64,000 bases of DNA from Longimicrobiales bacterium (GTDB lineage: Bacteria > Gemmatimonadota > Gemmatimonadetes > Longimicrobiales > Gaopeijiaceae), in contig OZ241892.1 of the NCBI GenBank assembly GCA_965203485.1, positions 704,001 to 768,000 on the forward strand, read 5' to 3'. Position 1 is the first letter of the stretch, and every line of letters starts with the position of its first letter. Of this stretch, positions 20,101 through 26,890 are shown one piece after another. Position numbers and translations under genes: made by a program. The notes beneath the pieces were generated by a model. It ran no database searches. It was given only the letters and a program-made list of their open reading frames with translations, and was not told where the DNA came from.

Positions 20101-21882
20101 GGGCTGGCCGCCGAGCAGACCGTCGCCGTCGTCGTCGAGGCGTCGCGCTCCGAGCGAGCGCGCGTGCTCGAGGGCGCGCTGGCCGCGTTCGGGCGCTCGC
20201 TCGGCGCCGAGGCCGTCGACGTGATCGGCGGCAGGCTCGGGATCGAGTCGGCCGGCGGACTCGGACGCTCGCACCTCCAGCTCGGAGGACGCTCCATCGC
20301 CTGCGACGGCGGCGCGACAGGCGGCGGCGCGTGCGGCTGGCGGGCGCTCGCGCGCTCGGCGTCCGGCCTGCTCGGCGTCCAAGTCGCGTTGCCGACCACC
20401 GGCGGTCCGCGCGGCGCGCAGTCCGCCGGCGCGCTCGACCCGGCCGCGCTGCTCTTCGGCGGCCCGGGCGTTGCAACCGGTGGCGCCGGCGGGCTTGGCG
20501 GACTCGGCATGGGCGGCGACTACCAGGGCCAGCAGGAGCCCGCGCCGCCCACGCCGGGCGGCGTGACGCTCAACCCGCTGTCGGGCGGCGACCTGCTCGA
20601 GCGCAGCTCGTTCCAGCTCTCGCTCGGCGGCGGCGCGGCCAGCGACTCGGGCGCGTTCGGCGCGCAGGACGCCGCCGGCCTGCGTCCCGGCTGGACCGTC
20701 TGGGGCCGCGCCGGCATGGGCGGCTACGAGGGCCGCCCGGCCGACGGCCTGCGCTTCGGCGGCGGGCGCGCTCGCTCGGCGCACCTCGGCGCCGACTACC
20801 GCTTCGCGTCCGGCCTGCTCGTCGGCGTCGCCGGCGCGCGCAGCAGCTTCGAGACCGAGTTCGAGAGCGCCGTCAACGGCGCGGGCTCCGTCGCCGCGAG
20901 CCTGACCAGCGTGCATCCCTACGTGCACTGGTCGCCCACCGGAGGACTCGGCCTCTGGGCCCTCGCAGGCGCAGGAACCGGCGACGCGACGCTCGACGAA
21001 GCCGCCGGCGGCCGGTTCGGCGCCGACATCGCGATGCTGATGGGCGCGCTCGGTGCGCGCCGCGAGCTGGCCGGCGGCATCGCGCTCAAGGCCGACGCGT
21101 TCTCCGTGCGCGTCCGCTCCGACGACGCGGCCGACCTGGCAGGCGTGACCGCGCGCGCGCACCGCGTCCGGCTCGCGCCCGAAGTCGCGAAGACCTGGGC
21201 GCTCGGCGGCGAAGCGTCGCTGCGCACGCGGCTCGAGCTCGGCGCGCGCCTCGACGCCGGCGACGCCGAGACCGGGTTGGGCGCCGAGGCCGGCGGCGAA
21301 GCGTCGTTCGACCACGCGCCCACCGGCCTGTCCGTCGCGATGCGCGGGCGCGCGCTGCTCGCGCACCAGGCCGAGGGCTTGCGCGAATGGGGCGCCGGCG
21401 TCTCGTTCCGGCTCCAGCCCGGCGGGACCGCCGAAGACGGCCTGTCGCTCTCCGTCGAGCCGGCATGGGGCGCCGCCACCGGCGCCACCGGCGAACTCTG
21501 GCGCCAAGGCCCCGCCGCCATCGGTCCCGCCGCCCAGGCGGCGCACCCGGTTGCGCACCAGGCCGCGCCGTCCGGCTGGGCGCCCGGACGCATGGCCATG
21601 GAACTCGGCTGGGGCGTCGCGCTCGACAACGGCGCCACGATCACGCCCTTCGGACGCTGGAGCCAGGACGCAGGCGCCGGCCAGCGCTTCAACGCCGGCG
21701 CGCGCTTCTCGCTGCTCGGCCAGTCCGTCCAGTCCAGCACGGGCACCGGCGCCCACTCGCCCGCCGCCGGCCCCGCCGAGAGCCTGCGCTTCATCCTCCA
21801 CCTCTACGGCGAGCACGCCTCCTCGCCCCTCGAACCCCCGCAACGCCGCCTCGGCCTGGCAGGCGCCATCCAGCTCAGGTAG
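8110..21882 (+). CDS. giant secreted adhesin / autotransporter-like protein (~4590 aa): signal peptide, 27 Ig-like repeats of ~125 aa, 4 cadherin repeats, one Ig/cadherin-like domain, C-terminal beta-barrel
   Basis: Signal ...ALGLLAAFGTTAPAPLSA|Q; repeat core V.F...V.VTGTPQLAL.IG..TRQA.YASG.GT..L.F.Y.V...D.D.DG...LNGG.I...HKVDG; cadherin motifs F.LAEN, A.DPD, DYE, V.DVNEAP; barrel motifs WTVWGR, GADYR, HPY.HW, LGARLDAGDAETG.G. Start codon uncertain (8065/8098/8110). Confidence 0.9.
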   Translation: MSTHEARKAETRPTPLRPTGWLARAMPVARTSLAALGLLAAFGTTAPAPLSAQTTPPAVSGVGITSDAGSDSTYVEGDTIKVLVVFSESVDVTGTPQLALTVDTMTRQASYVSGTGNDSLAFHYVLPVTSTDRDADGISIAASALALNGGTIRRAGGTVDAVLGLGAHAVSNDRNHQVARRPAMAPIHFQTNPASDQTFAAGEVVHLRITWTDRVDKPNWQAMRLAIEIGEDTVTAIPHQQNPWAVWFRYTVTEADLDENGISLPENALTNIGSVRLEGTLVEADNDLSAVTLTDTATHKVNGAKAVPHVTNTTIESDAGNDSTYARGDVIEIGIWFNEDVDVTGSPRLAMAVGTETRQAVYFAGTGGSSLVFRYEVGPGDVDTNGISIGSEALTLNGGTIRRAGSATVNAYLGLRVHRVADADTHKVDGTAGPPAVTKVLVTSDAGTDSTYAANDTVQVAVVFNESVDVTGTPRVALGIGLQTRQASYAGGTGTDSLTFRYVVASGDADADGLSIGASALALNGGTIKRAGAAVDATLSTANFVVVNAAAHKVLGSGATIVTGTSFASDAGTDSIYVEGDTVAVEVVFNQAVDVTGTPQLALVLSAVRQASYVSGTGTTTLTFKYVVAAGDSDTNGISYGRNALTLNGGTIRRAGTAVDVYLSLWTHVATDDRAHRVWEIPKVSSVSIPSSAGADQTWASGDIIDFFVVFDRAIAASVTASSGIHLTIGEDVRSGYIHNVNTGTRTLHWRYVPVQADLDADGLSVDSVTFGGSDYVRTAGAPAGAANANLDFTPIANASAHKVNGAQAVPHVTGTVVASDAGNDSTYAEGDTIEVGLVFSENVDVTGAPRLALGIGTATRQARYVAGTGGDSLVFRYVVGAGDEDADGLSVGAGALALGAGGTIRRAGSATVNAYLGLRVHTIANASAHKVALTPPSVSGVFFVTPANTGLAYASTDSVFGLADEIRAAVSFGVAVTAAGTPQLALGIGTQTRSAVLCDTTGANVLVFCYTVVAADSDSDGISVGANALTLPGGATLRATGSTTGANLSLAPWNFANSALFQVDGSKEVAPGVSGVAIASDAGTDSTYHRFEAIRVEVGFDRAVDVVGTPQLALGIGAATRQAGYASGTGTSTLTFQYSVGPSDSDADGVSIAASALALNGGTIEIAGGSAAAALGLGSHAIANAAAHKVAGDRPVVTGVSLGSPVTGDVFERGDTIEARVSFGRWVTVTGTPQLALTIGTATRQASYASGSGSGSLAFRYVVASGDADADGLSVGAGALGLNGGTIAVTGGTANALLELQTWHVITNSAGHKVDGGTLTAASVSGVSVASVPSGGDTYLLGDTIDVAVAFTRLVAVTGTPQLAIGIGSSTRQASYASGTGTDTLLFRYAVVAADADTNGLSIAAGALGLNGGTIADARDVSVAAGLGLGSSAVSNSTGHKVDGSRVRPARVLSVTLNTVPPTSQWNQFVAGDWMQVTVEFSAAVDVVGTPQVAIVIGTATRQAAYASGTGTATLVFRYQMHGYDPRDDDGIGVARDALALNGGTIRRAGSSDAALLDFGRAYTGTATNPAHRAGVSGIAVSSPGSGGTYGVGETIEVTVSLSHTAVLVSGAGPQLALGIGTQTRQASMVLGGGNTYNPLRFRYVVQAADADADGISIAANAITGGNVQSQHSVRPPFWGLGRLAIANDGMRKVDGSLGAVVSGLSIGSPPSGDTFERGDAIEVAVAFNRAVDVAGTPQLALAVDTLTRQASYASGTGTDTLVFRYVVVAADADTLGISIAANALSLNGGTIRQAGGTTNAVLGLGGHAVTNSSGHKVDGGTLTAASVSGVAITSAPSSDSTYGRTERIEVAVEFVRAVTVTGTPQLALGIGTATRQAAYASGSGTRTLVFRYVVVAADADSTGISIGASALALNGGAINDARDGTAAASLGLGSHAVANDRSHKVDGSLGPPGVTGLSIGSPAVDTTFERGETIEVSVVFSRPVDVGGTPQLALGIGSATRQADYASGTGTDTLVFRYVVVAADADADGISIAAGALTLNGGTIRLAGGTLDAMRDLGANAVVNSAGHTVAGGTFTTPSVSAVTVSSAPASASTYELGESIEVKVAFSRPVAVTGTPRLALGIGTATRQADYDSASSSADTLVFGYAVRPADVDADGLSIAAGALALNGGTINDARPGATAASLDLGSNAITNAASHKVNGGLGPPGVTGLAVAPPPAGAVFERGDTIVATVRFNKAVDVTGTPQLALGIGTQTRQAAYASGTGTAALVFRYVVATADVDLDGLSVGASALALNGGTIDVSGGTTDALLSLERHAFENFLVVNGGLFTASSASGVSISSSPASDSTYGRTERIEVEVTFDRAVAVTGTPQLALTIGDSTRQASYASGTGTKTLAFGYVVVAADADANGLSVGPAALALNGGAIDDARDASEAAGLGLGSHAISNAAAHKVNGSLGPPGVTGVTLGSPPVGTTFERGDTIVAALAFNRAVDVTGAPQLALGIGSATKQAVYASGSGTSSLEFRYVVVTADVDADGLSVATTALGLNGGTVRLAGGTLDATLGLGTHAISNSAGHKVAGGTFTASGVTGVAVASSPASGATYGLGERIEVRVTFARAVAVTGTPQLALGIGAATRQADYAGGTGTPQLAFGYVVVAGDADSDGLSIGASALALNGGTIADGRDGSTAAALGLGSSAVADAAGHRVDATRGPPGVMGVTIGSPQVGDTFERGDTVEVEVEFNKPVAVTGAPQLALGIGAATKQAGYAGGSGTAALAFRYVVVSADADADGLSVAAGALALNGGTIKVSGGTADALLGLGAHAVANSAGHKVAGGTFTASSPSAASVTSAPASGDTYGLSERIEVRVTFARPVVVTGAPQLALGIGAATKQAGYAGGSGTRALVFGYVVASADADADGISVGASALSLNGGAIADARDGSTAAGLGLGSSAIANAGAHKVDGSVEGAPAVAGARLASAPSGGGSYGLGEEIRVAVRFDRAVAVTGTPELALGIGAATRQAGYASGSGTSELEFAYVVQAADADRDGISVGAGALSLSGGTLVVAGGTAAAVLSLGSHAIVNASGHAVAGTLEAAPVVTGARLVSSPANGSAYGLSERIAVALAFSRPVDVAGAPQLALGIGSATRQAGYASGSGTAELVFGYVVAGGDADADGVSVAAGALALNGGTIVIAGGRVAAVLSLGTHALSNVAGHLVDGSAETAPAVAGVTLASAPIGGGRYELGEEIRVHVRFDRAVAVTGSPQLALTIGAQTRTARFVRVVGYGAAARAGWAGVAAGYAGARWAGGSAGGAGGSAGALGATQGAALEFAYAVQAADADADGLSVGAGALSLNGGAITLLGGTAAAGLSLGGHALTNVGGHLVDGSVVSPPAVAGVEASRPQSGGRWRAGQTIEIAVVFDRPVSVTGGPRLALAMGTRTVHAALASASGRRVEFAYEVRPHDRAPNGIALAAGALDASGAAIVSAADGSTPAALSLGSHAFASDPTRRVEGGGGEPEPGRPPKFGAESYAFELAENVAGAVVVGAVSAVDPDEGDEVYYRLREGGGGLFEVDETSGEVSYVGAGEDYEAGPREHALVVSAADVGGLASTVRVTVKVTNANEAPAFERASWTFELAENAAGPIVLGTVSATDPDEGEALSYSLVSGGGGLFELDAASGAVRYVGAGEDYETGPREHALAVAVADAGGLRAAAGVVIAVADADEAPVFERASWTFELAENAAGPIVLGTVSATDPDEGEALSYSLVSGGGGLFELDAASGAVRYVGAGEDYETGPREHALVVAATGADGLAAQAAVVVTVADVNEAPVFEQASWTFELAENAAGPLAVGAVAAADEDEGDVLSYSLVSGGGGLFELDAASGAVRYVGAGEDYETGPREHALVVAATDRGGLAATANATVVVTDVNEAPEATAQIAVAALDAHGAAVQETLDAYFRDPDGDALAYAAESSDTAVAAASVAGGVLTIRPFAIGTASVTVTATDPGGLAAEQTVAVVVEASRSERARVLEGALAAFGRSLGAEAVDVIGGRLGIESAGGLGRSHLQLGGRSIACDGGATGGGACGWRALARSASGLLGVQVALPTTGGPRGAQSAGALDPAALLFGGPGVATGGAGGLGGLGMGGDYQGQQEPAPPTPGGVTLNPLSGGDLLERSSFQLSLGGGAASDSGAFGAQDAAGLRPGWTVWGRAGMGGYEGRPADGLRFGGGRARSAHLGADYRFASGLLVGVAGARSSFETEFESAVNGAGSVAASLTSVHPYVHWSPTGGLGLWALAGAGTGDATLDEAAGGRFGADIAMLMGALGARRELAGGIALKADAFSVRVRSDDAADLAGVTARAHRVRLAPEVAKTWALGGEASLRTRLELGARLDAGDAETGLGAEAGGEASFDHAPTGLSVAMRGRALLAHQAEGLREWGAGVSFRLQPGGTAEDGLSLSVEPAWGAATGATGELWRQGPAAIGPAAQAAHPVAHQAAPSGWAPGRMAMELGWGVALDNGATITPFGRWSQDAGAGQRFNAGARFSLLGQSVQSSTGTGAHSPAAGPAESLRFILHLYGEHASSPLEPPQRRLGLAGAIQLR

Positions 21883-21909
21883 ACCCCCGACGCGCGGCTC
21901 CGCCGGCCA

Positions 21910-21965
21910 AAGCGCGCCAAGCCCCCCGCACCGGCCCCTCGGCCGTGGCGAGGCTTGGCGCGCTT
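21910..21965 (+). terminator. stem-loop downstream of giant gene copy 1 (terminator-like or stabilising hairpin)
   Basis: Perfect 14-bp inverted repeat aagcgcgccaagcc / ggcttggcgcgctt; no long U-tract follows. Confidence 0.45.
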
Positions 21966-22039
21966 CCGCCGAGCGCCGCCAAGCCGCCCTCGCATTCGCC
22001 CCAATCGATATCCGCGCCGCTTCCGACCGTTCGAGCCGA

Positions 22040-22330
22040 AGTTCGGGGGTCGGCAACGGCGAATCCGACGGGTGACGCTGGGACGCGGGGGCGGGCGGAA
22101 GACAGCTTTGTGCAGGGGGTTCCCGACGAACAGAGTGCGACGTGGGCGTGCGTGGACCGCACGAGTGGCGTGCCGAAGGGGCCGATGTCGGGACGGCCGC
22201 CGCAACGACGGGACGACGACGAGTGAGAGACACGAGTTGCGCCGCTCGAAACGGGCGAACAAGCAGTTGCGCCTCGAGCGCGACACTCCAAAGAGTACGG
22301 CGGCGGCCTGGTTCGCCCGGGGGAGTCCAC
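22040..22330 (+). mobile_element. degenerate IS3-family orfA remnant
   Basis: Translation GRRNDGTTTSERHELRRSKRANKQLRLERDTPKSTAAAWFARG resembles IS3 OrfA C-termini (GLTT.E.EELRRLRREN.QLR.ER.IL.KAAAWFA); no orfB follows. Confidence 0.65.
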
Positions 22331-22469
22331 GGCGAATGAGGACTTCCGCCGACGCACGGAATCCAGCCGTCGGCGCTGCCTCCGCTCCGATGTCGTTCAA
22401 GTTCGCCGGGACGCACCGTGTCGTGTTCCCGGTCCGCGCGATGTGCCCTAGCCTAGCCAAGCTGGGGCC

Positions 22470-23432
22470 GTGATCTGGCCGTGGTGGCGAGCCCCGGCGG
22501 TCCTGCCGGCGTTGGCCGCTCTCAGGCGCGGGTGGTTGCGATCGAGGCAAGCCGCCCGAAGAGACTGGCGCCGCTCCAGGTCGATCGTGACTCCGGACGC
22601 GTTTTCGGTCTCGTCGCAGCTGGTGGGAACGCCGCTCGCCACGCCACGTCGGCGCTTGGCCGCGATCGTCGTGGATCTGTCGTTGCTCGCGCTCCTGAAA
22701 TGGCTGAGCTGGCGCCTGCTCCTGGGCGGCGCGACGCTGATGCTGTTCTTGGCGCTCGTGCGCACCCCCGGCGCGGGGAGGTGGCGGCGAACCCTCGTGG
22801 GTTGCGGAGGCACGGCGCTCGCGGCCGCCACAGTCTTCGCGACGTTCCTGCCGACGCTCTGGCGCGCGGGGATTCTCGTGCCCGATGGAGCGCAGGAGGT
22901 GATCGAGCTGGTGGACAGCTTGGCGGCCGCCGAGGCCGCGGCCCAACCGGACGCGAGCGCGGAAACGGGCGATTCCGCCGAGTTCGCATTGTCGGCCACC
23001 GTCCCGTCCGCTCAGGAGGAACCAGCCGCCGCGCCGGATCCGGCGGCGGACGAGCGGCCCTCCACGGCCGTCGCCTGGGTCCGCGACCTCGCCGACGAAG
23101 CCGGCCTGATCTTCGGCTGGGGCACCGTGTACCTCACGCTGTTCCCGGCCCTCTGGCAGGGCCGGACGCCGGGCAAGCGGTTGCTGGGTCTGCGCGTGGT
23201 CCGGGTCGTGGGCGCACCGCTGGGCCTGCTGCGCTGCTTCGAGCGGACGGGAGGCTACGCCGCTGGCTTCGCGACGGGACTGTTCGGCTTCGCCCGCGTG
23301 TGGTGGGACCCGAACCGCCAAGCCATCCACGACAAGATCGCCGAGACCGTGGTCGTCCGAGAGCGAGGTTGGCCGGCGCGAGGCGCTACAAGCGATGGCG
23401 CTCCTGCAACACGGCGACCGACGCCAGCATGA
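22470..23432 (+). CDS. RDD family membrane protein
   Basis: LATPRRRLAAIVVD, GRTPGKRLLGLRVV and RQAIHDKIAETVVV motifs; start uncertain. Confidence 0.85.
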   Translation: MIWPWWRAPAVLPALAALRRGWLRSRQAARRDWRRSRSIVTPDAFSVSSQLVGTPLATPRRRLAAIVVDLSLLALLKWLSWRLLLGGATLMLFLALVRTPGAGRWRRTLVGCGGTALAAATVFATFLPTLWRAGILVPDGAQEVIELVDSLAAAEAAAQPDASAETGDSAEFALSATVPSAQEEPAAAPDPAADERPSTAVAWVRDLADEAGLIFGWGTVYLTLFPALWQGRTPGKRLLGLRVVRVVGAPLGLLRCFERTGGYAAGFATGLFGFARVWWDPNRQAIHDKIAETVVVRERGWPARGATSDGAPATRRPTPA

Positions 23433-25287
23433 GAAGCAGCGAATCGGCGGCGGCCCGGTCCTCGCTGGGCAACTCCGGAACCCTGTCGAGCAGGCGGTGC
23501 ACTGCCTCGGGGCGGAAGAACGGGGTCGCGGCCAGCGCCGGGCCGCGCAACGTGTCCTGAACGAAGTCGTGCAACGGCGTGCCGGCCAGTCCGGCGCCGG
23601 GCGGCGCCCAGAAGGGCCGCTTCGGCCGGGAGCGGACCTGGGCCGGGATGTAGGGTCGCATCGCGTCGCGCAGCAGCTGCTTCTCGACGGCGCCGCCCGC
23701 CAGCAAGTCCAGCGGAAGCGTGTTCGCGTGCTCGAACAGCACGTGGTCCAGGAAGGGAAGCCGCACTTCCACGCCGTGGGCCATGTCGAGCCGGTCGGCG
23801 GCCAAGTGGTAGTTCGCGAATAGCGACCGGAGCCAGAGGTACAGCAGGCGGCGGGCGGGTTCGCGCCGGGACAGGCCGGCCTCGCGGTCGCAGCGGTCGT
23901 AGAAGGCCCGGTAGAGGTCGAGGCCCCGAAACTCGTGCCGGAAGCCGGGGGCGTGCAGGGCCTGCAAGTAGTCGAGTCCGCGCGCCAGCCTGGCGAACAG
24001 GCCGGGACCGGCGCCCATGACGGCCGCCGCCCGGGCAAGCCACGGAGACGCCGCGGCCAGCCCCGGGTGCCGGCGGCCCGGCCAGCGAAGCAAGCGGGCC
24101 AGGAGCCGCAACTGCCTGCCCAAGCCCCGGCCGGCGCCCGCGCGGACGGCTGCCCGGAGGAACTCGTAGCCGAAGAACGCCTCGTCGGCTCCTTCGCCGG
24201 CGAGCACTGACTTCCATCCGGCTTCGCGCACGGCGCGCGCCAACAGGAATCGCGCCGCCCCGTGTGCGTTGTACTGCAGCGTCTCCGCGTGCCACACGGC
24301 GTCCGCGAAGTGGTCCGCCAAGTCCGCGCCCCGCAACCGCACGACGTGATGGGCGGCCCCGGCGGCCGCGGCCGCCTCGCGCGCGGCGCCGGTCTCGTCG
24401 TACGCCCCGTCGTCGAAGCCGACGGTGAAAGCGGCCGGCGGCTCGTCGCTGCAGGCCGCGGCCACGCCCAGGACGCAGGACGAGTCGAGCCCGCCCGAAA
24501 GCAGGCATCCCACCGGCACGTCCGCGACCAGCCGCAAGCGCACGGCTTCTTCCACGGCCTCGCGCATCAGGGCGCCGGCCTGTTCCGGGTCCGGGCCCGG
24601 CGCCCGCGCATCGGGCGGCGACGGCGGCAGGTCCCAGTACCGCGTCAGGCGAGTCTGCCCGCGCGAGGCGACCAGGAAGTGGCCGGGCGGCAACTGGCGC
24701 ACGCCAGCAAACAGCGACCGCCGCTCGTCAGGGCAAGCGTGCAGAGCATGGTAGACGGCGCGCCGGTCCCACGCCCGCGGCACGCCCGCGGCGAACAGAG
24801 CCTTGGCCTCCGAAGCCAAGTACAGCGCCCCGGCGTGCTCGCAATAGAACAGCGGCTTGAGGCCGAAGCGGTCCCTTGCCGCAAAGAGTTCGCCCGCCTC
24901 CTCGTCCCACGCCACGAAGGCGAACTGGCCGCGCAGGCTCGCCAGGCATTCGCTGCCGGCCTCCTCGAACAAGTGCACCGCGATCTCGCTGTCCGACCGG
25001 GTGCGAAAGCGGTGGCCCCGCCGTTGAAGAGACGCCCGGATTGCCTCGAAGTCGTAGAACTCTCCGTTGGCGGCGACGCGCAGGCGGCCGTCCTCGTTGG
25101 CAATGGGCTGCGCACCGTCCGGATCGTTGATCGCCAAGCGTGCATGTCCGATGCCGGCGCGTCCCGACGGCGACAGCCACGTCCGCGAGCCGTCGGGTCC
25201 GCGGTGGCGCAGGGCCGCGGTGGCGCGCGCCAGGGCCGTGGGCGAGACGGGGCCGTCGCGAGAAAGGATCGCCGCTACGCCGCACAT
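23386..25287 (-). CDS. asnB: asparagine synthase (glutamine-hydrolysing)-like amidotransferase
   Basis: N-terminal MCG at 25287; HRGPD, GHARLAI, NGEFY, SDSE, RDRFGLKPLFY, LSGGLDSS, GEGADE.F.GY and EVRLPFLD motifs. Confidence 0.9.
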   Translation of the reverse strand: MCGVAAILSRDGPVSPTALARATAALRHRGPDGSRTWLSPSGRAGIGHARLAINDPDGAQPIANEDGRLRVAANGEFYDFEAIRASLQRRGHRFRTRSDSEIAVHLFEEAGSECLASLRGQFAFVAWDEEAGELFAARDRFGLKPLFYCEHAGALYLASEAKALFAAGVPRAWDRRAVYHALHACPDERRSLFAGVRQLPPGHFLVASRGQTRLTRYWDLPPSPPDARAPGPDPEQAGALMREAVEEAVRLRLVADVPVGCLLSGGLDSSCVLGVAAACSDEPPAAFTVGFDDGAYDETGAAREAAAAAGAAHHVVRLRGADLADHFADAVWHAETLQYNAHGAARFLLARAVREAGWKSVLAGEGADEAFFGYEFLRAAVRAGAGRGLGRQLRLLARLLRWPGRRHPGLAAASPWLARAAAVMGAGPGLFARLARGLDYLQALHAPGFRHEFRGLDLYRAFYDRCDREAGLSRREPARRLLYLWLRSLFANYHLAADRLDMAHGVEVRLPFLDHVLFEHANTLPLDLLAGGAVEKQLLRDAMRPYIPAQVRSRPKRPFWAPPGAGLAGTPLHDFVQDTLRGPALAATPFFRPEAVHRLLDRVPELPSEDRAAADSLLLMLASVAVLQERHRL

Positions 25288-26753
25288 GCGTCCCTCGTCC
25301 GTCCATCGGCCCGCAGCACGACGGCGCGGCCGCCCCGGCACTCGAAGCGCATGAGGAAGCGGCGCTCTCCACGGGCCAGGGCCAAGTTGTCGGGCGTCAC
25401 CCGCTGCACCACCGCGAACGCTTCGACGACGCACGCGTCCCGGCAGCGCCGAGCGTATCTTTGCGCGTGGCGGGCGAGGAGCGATGTCCGAACCGCCGCC
25501 AGCGCGGCCGGGTCCATCTGCATCCAGACGTTGCCGATCAAGTACGACTGCAACAGCAGATGCCGCATCCCGTCGGGAAACAAATGGCGGGAATCAATCG
25601 GCTCGGCGCCGCCCGGTACGATCCTGCGGACCTCGTAGCGGACGTGGAAGTTGCGTTCGTCGACCCAGTCGAACAGTCGGTAGCTCTGAAAGACGCCGGC
25701 CCACCAGAGCAGGAAGCGCACCGGGTTTCCCCACCGCCCGCCGCTCCAAGGCTTCCCGAGTCGCGTCCGGGTCAGCACGGCCTCCCACGCGGACATCGCG
25801 GCCAGCGCCGCAACCAGCGCCCACCCCGCGATGCCCGCCAGACGGGTCCCGGCTCCCCAAGCGGTTCCTCCGGCCCGCTGGTCGGCGCCGCCCGGCGCCC
25901 CCGGCATGCCGAGCCACCCCTGCATGATCTCCGGGCCGAACGCCAAGGGCAGCGCCGCGAGCATCGCCGCGTTGGCGTATGGGATCTTCAGCGTCGCCGC
26001 GATGCCGCCGTGGAAGACCAGCGCGCACCCTGCCAGGAACCACTTGAGCGCCGAACCGGCCGGCAACACGAACACGAGCGGAAACAGCGGCTCCAGGAGC
26101 AGCGCCGCCCAGGTCGCCGCCCGCAGCACGCCCGCATGCCGCAACGTCCAGAAGTCCGGGGAGCGCGCCACCGGCATCTTGAGCGCCGCGTGCATCGCGC
26201 TTCCGCCTCGCCACATGGGACTCGCGAACTTGTAGAGTCCGGCGACGAAGTAGACCAGCGCCATGTTGGCCATGAAGGCTCGCGCCGCCATGCCCGGCGC
26301 CGCGGCCTCGACCGCCCGTTCGCCGGCCAGCCAATCCGCCAAAGCCAGCGTCTCCCCGACCGGCAGCAGCGCCAGCCACAGGCAGAGCACGTGCACCATC
26401 GCGTCGTCCAGGTAGGCGGCCAGGGCGTTCCACCGGTACGTGGACGCGGCGATCACGAAGAGAAGAGCCGCTGCTGCGCGCGGGTGGAATCCGGCGACCA
26501 CGGCCAGCGACGCCGCGCACGCGAACGCGAAGACGCAGCGAAAGACCCACGCCGGCGTCCCGGGCTGGAACACGCTCCAGCGCGTGGGAGGAAACAGCCC
26601 AGCGCAGAGCCGGTGGTCGATCAGCCCGTCCGGCCCGCTGAAGTCGCCGACTTGGCGCCACGCCTGCCAGAAGTAGGCGAACAGCACGATCCCTCCGCCG
26701 ATTCGGACAAGGTCGACGGGAAGCGCGTATACGGGCGCGGCCAAGGTTGTCAT
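25275..26753 (-). CDS. HTTM-domain (vitamin K-dependent carboxylase / SdpB-like) membrane protein
   Basis: Several transmembrane segments; VYFVAGLYKF.SP.WRGG.A and FH.GIA motifs; soluble C-terminal region; overlaps the asnB start, suggesting an operon. Confidence 0.7.
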   Translation of the reverse strand: MTTLAAPVYALPVDLVRIGGGIVLFAYFWQAWRQVGDFSGPDGLIDHRLCAGLFPPTRWSVFQPGTPAWVFRCVFAFACAASLAVVAGFHPRAAAALLFVIAASTYRWNALAAYLDDAMVHVLCLWLALLPVGETLALADWLAGERAVEAAAPGMAARAFMANMALVYFVAGLYKFASPMWRGGSAMHAALKMPVARSPDFWTLRHAGVLRAATWAALLLEPLFPLVFVLPAGSALKWFLAGCALVFHGGIAATLKIPYANAAMLAALPLAFGPEIMQGWLGMPGAPGGADQRAGGTAWGAGTRLAGIAGWALVAALAAMSAWEAVLTRTRLGKPWSGGRWGNPVRFLLWWAGVFQSYRLFDWVDERNFHVRYEVRRIVPGGAEPIDSRHLFPDGMRHLLLQSYLIGNVWMQMDPAALAAVRTSLLARHAQRYARRCRDACVVEAFAVVQRVTPDNLALARGERRFLMRFECRGGRAVVLRADGRTRDACAA

Positions 26754-26890
26754 GTCGCCGTGTGATATAAGACCGGGAGGTGCCGCGGGCCATATATTCC
26801 GGGTTCCGGCTTCCCGCCGGACGACGGACGCTCGGTTGCCGGAGCGTTGCGTCGAGGACGGCCTCTTCGACTCCGGCGCGGACCCACTAG

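Larger units (their letters stand above)
7665..22036 (+). repeat. copy 1 of a ~14.4 kb direct segmental duplication
   Basis: Near-identical to 30861-45230 (offset 23194 downstream of the poly-C tract). The first ~125 bp are diverged, identity starts at 7791/30987, and the match ends after ttccgaccgttcgagc. Confidence 0.97.

Noticed and set aside
13146..22226. 3026-aa alternative-frame ORF on the + strand (and 36340-45522)
   Set aside because: Consequence of very high GC3; G/R-rich translation with no motifs.
8083..22416. 4777-aa antisense ORF (and its twin at 31277-45349)
   Set aside because: Shadow of the giant gene: the sense frame avoids TTA/CTA/TCA codons, so the antisense frame has no stops; the product is Arg-rich with no recognisable domains.
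23386..25287. AsnB-like gene as a lasso peptide cyclase
   Set aside because: It has a full glutaminase domain with N-terminal Cys, and no B1/B2 proteins or lasso precursor are visible nearby.
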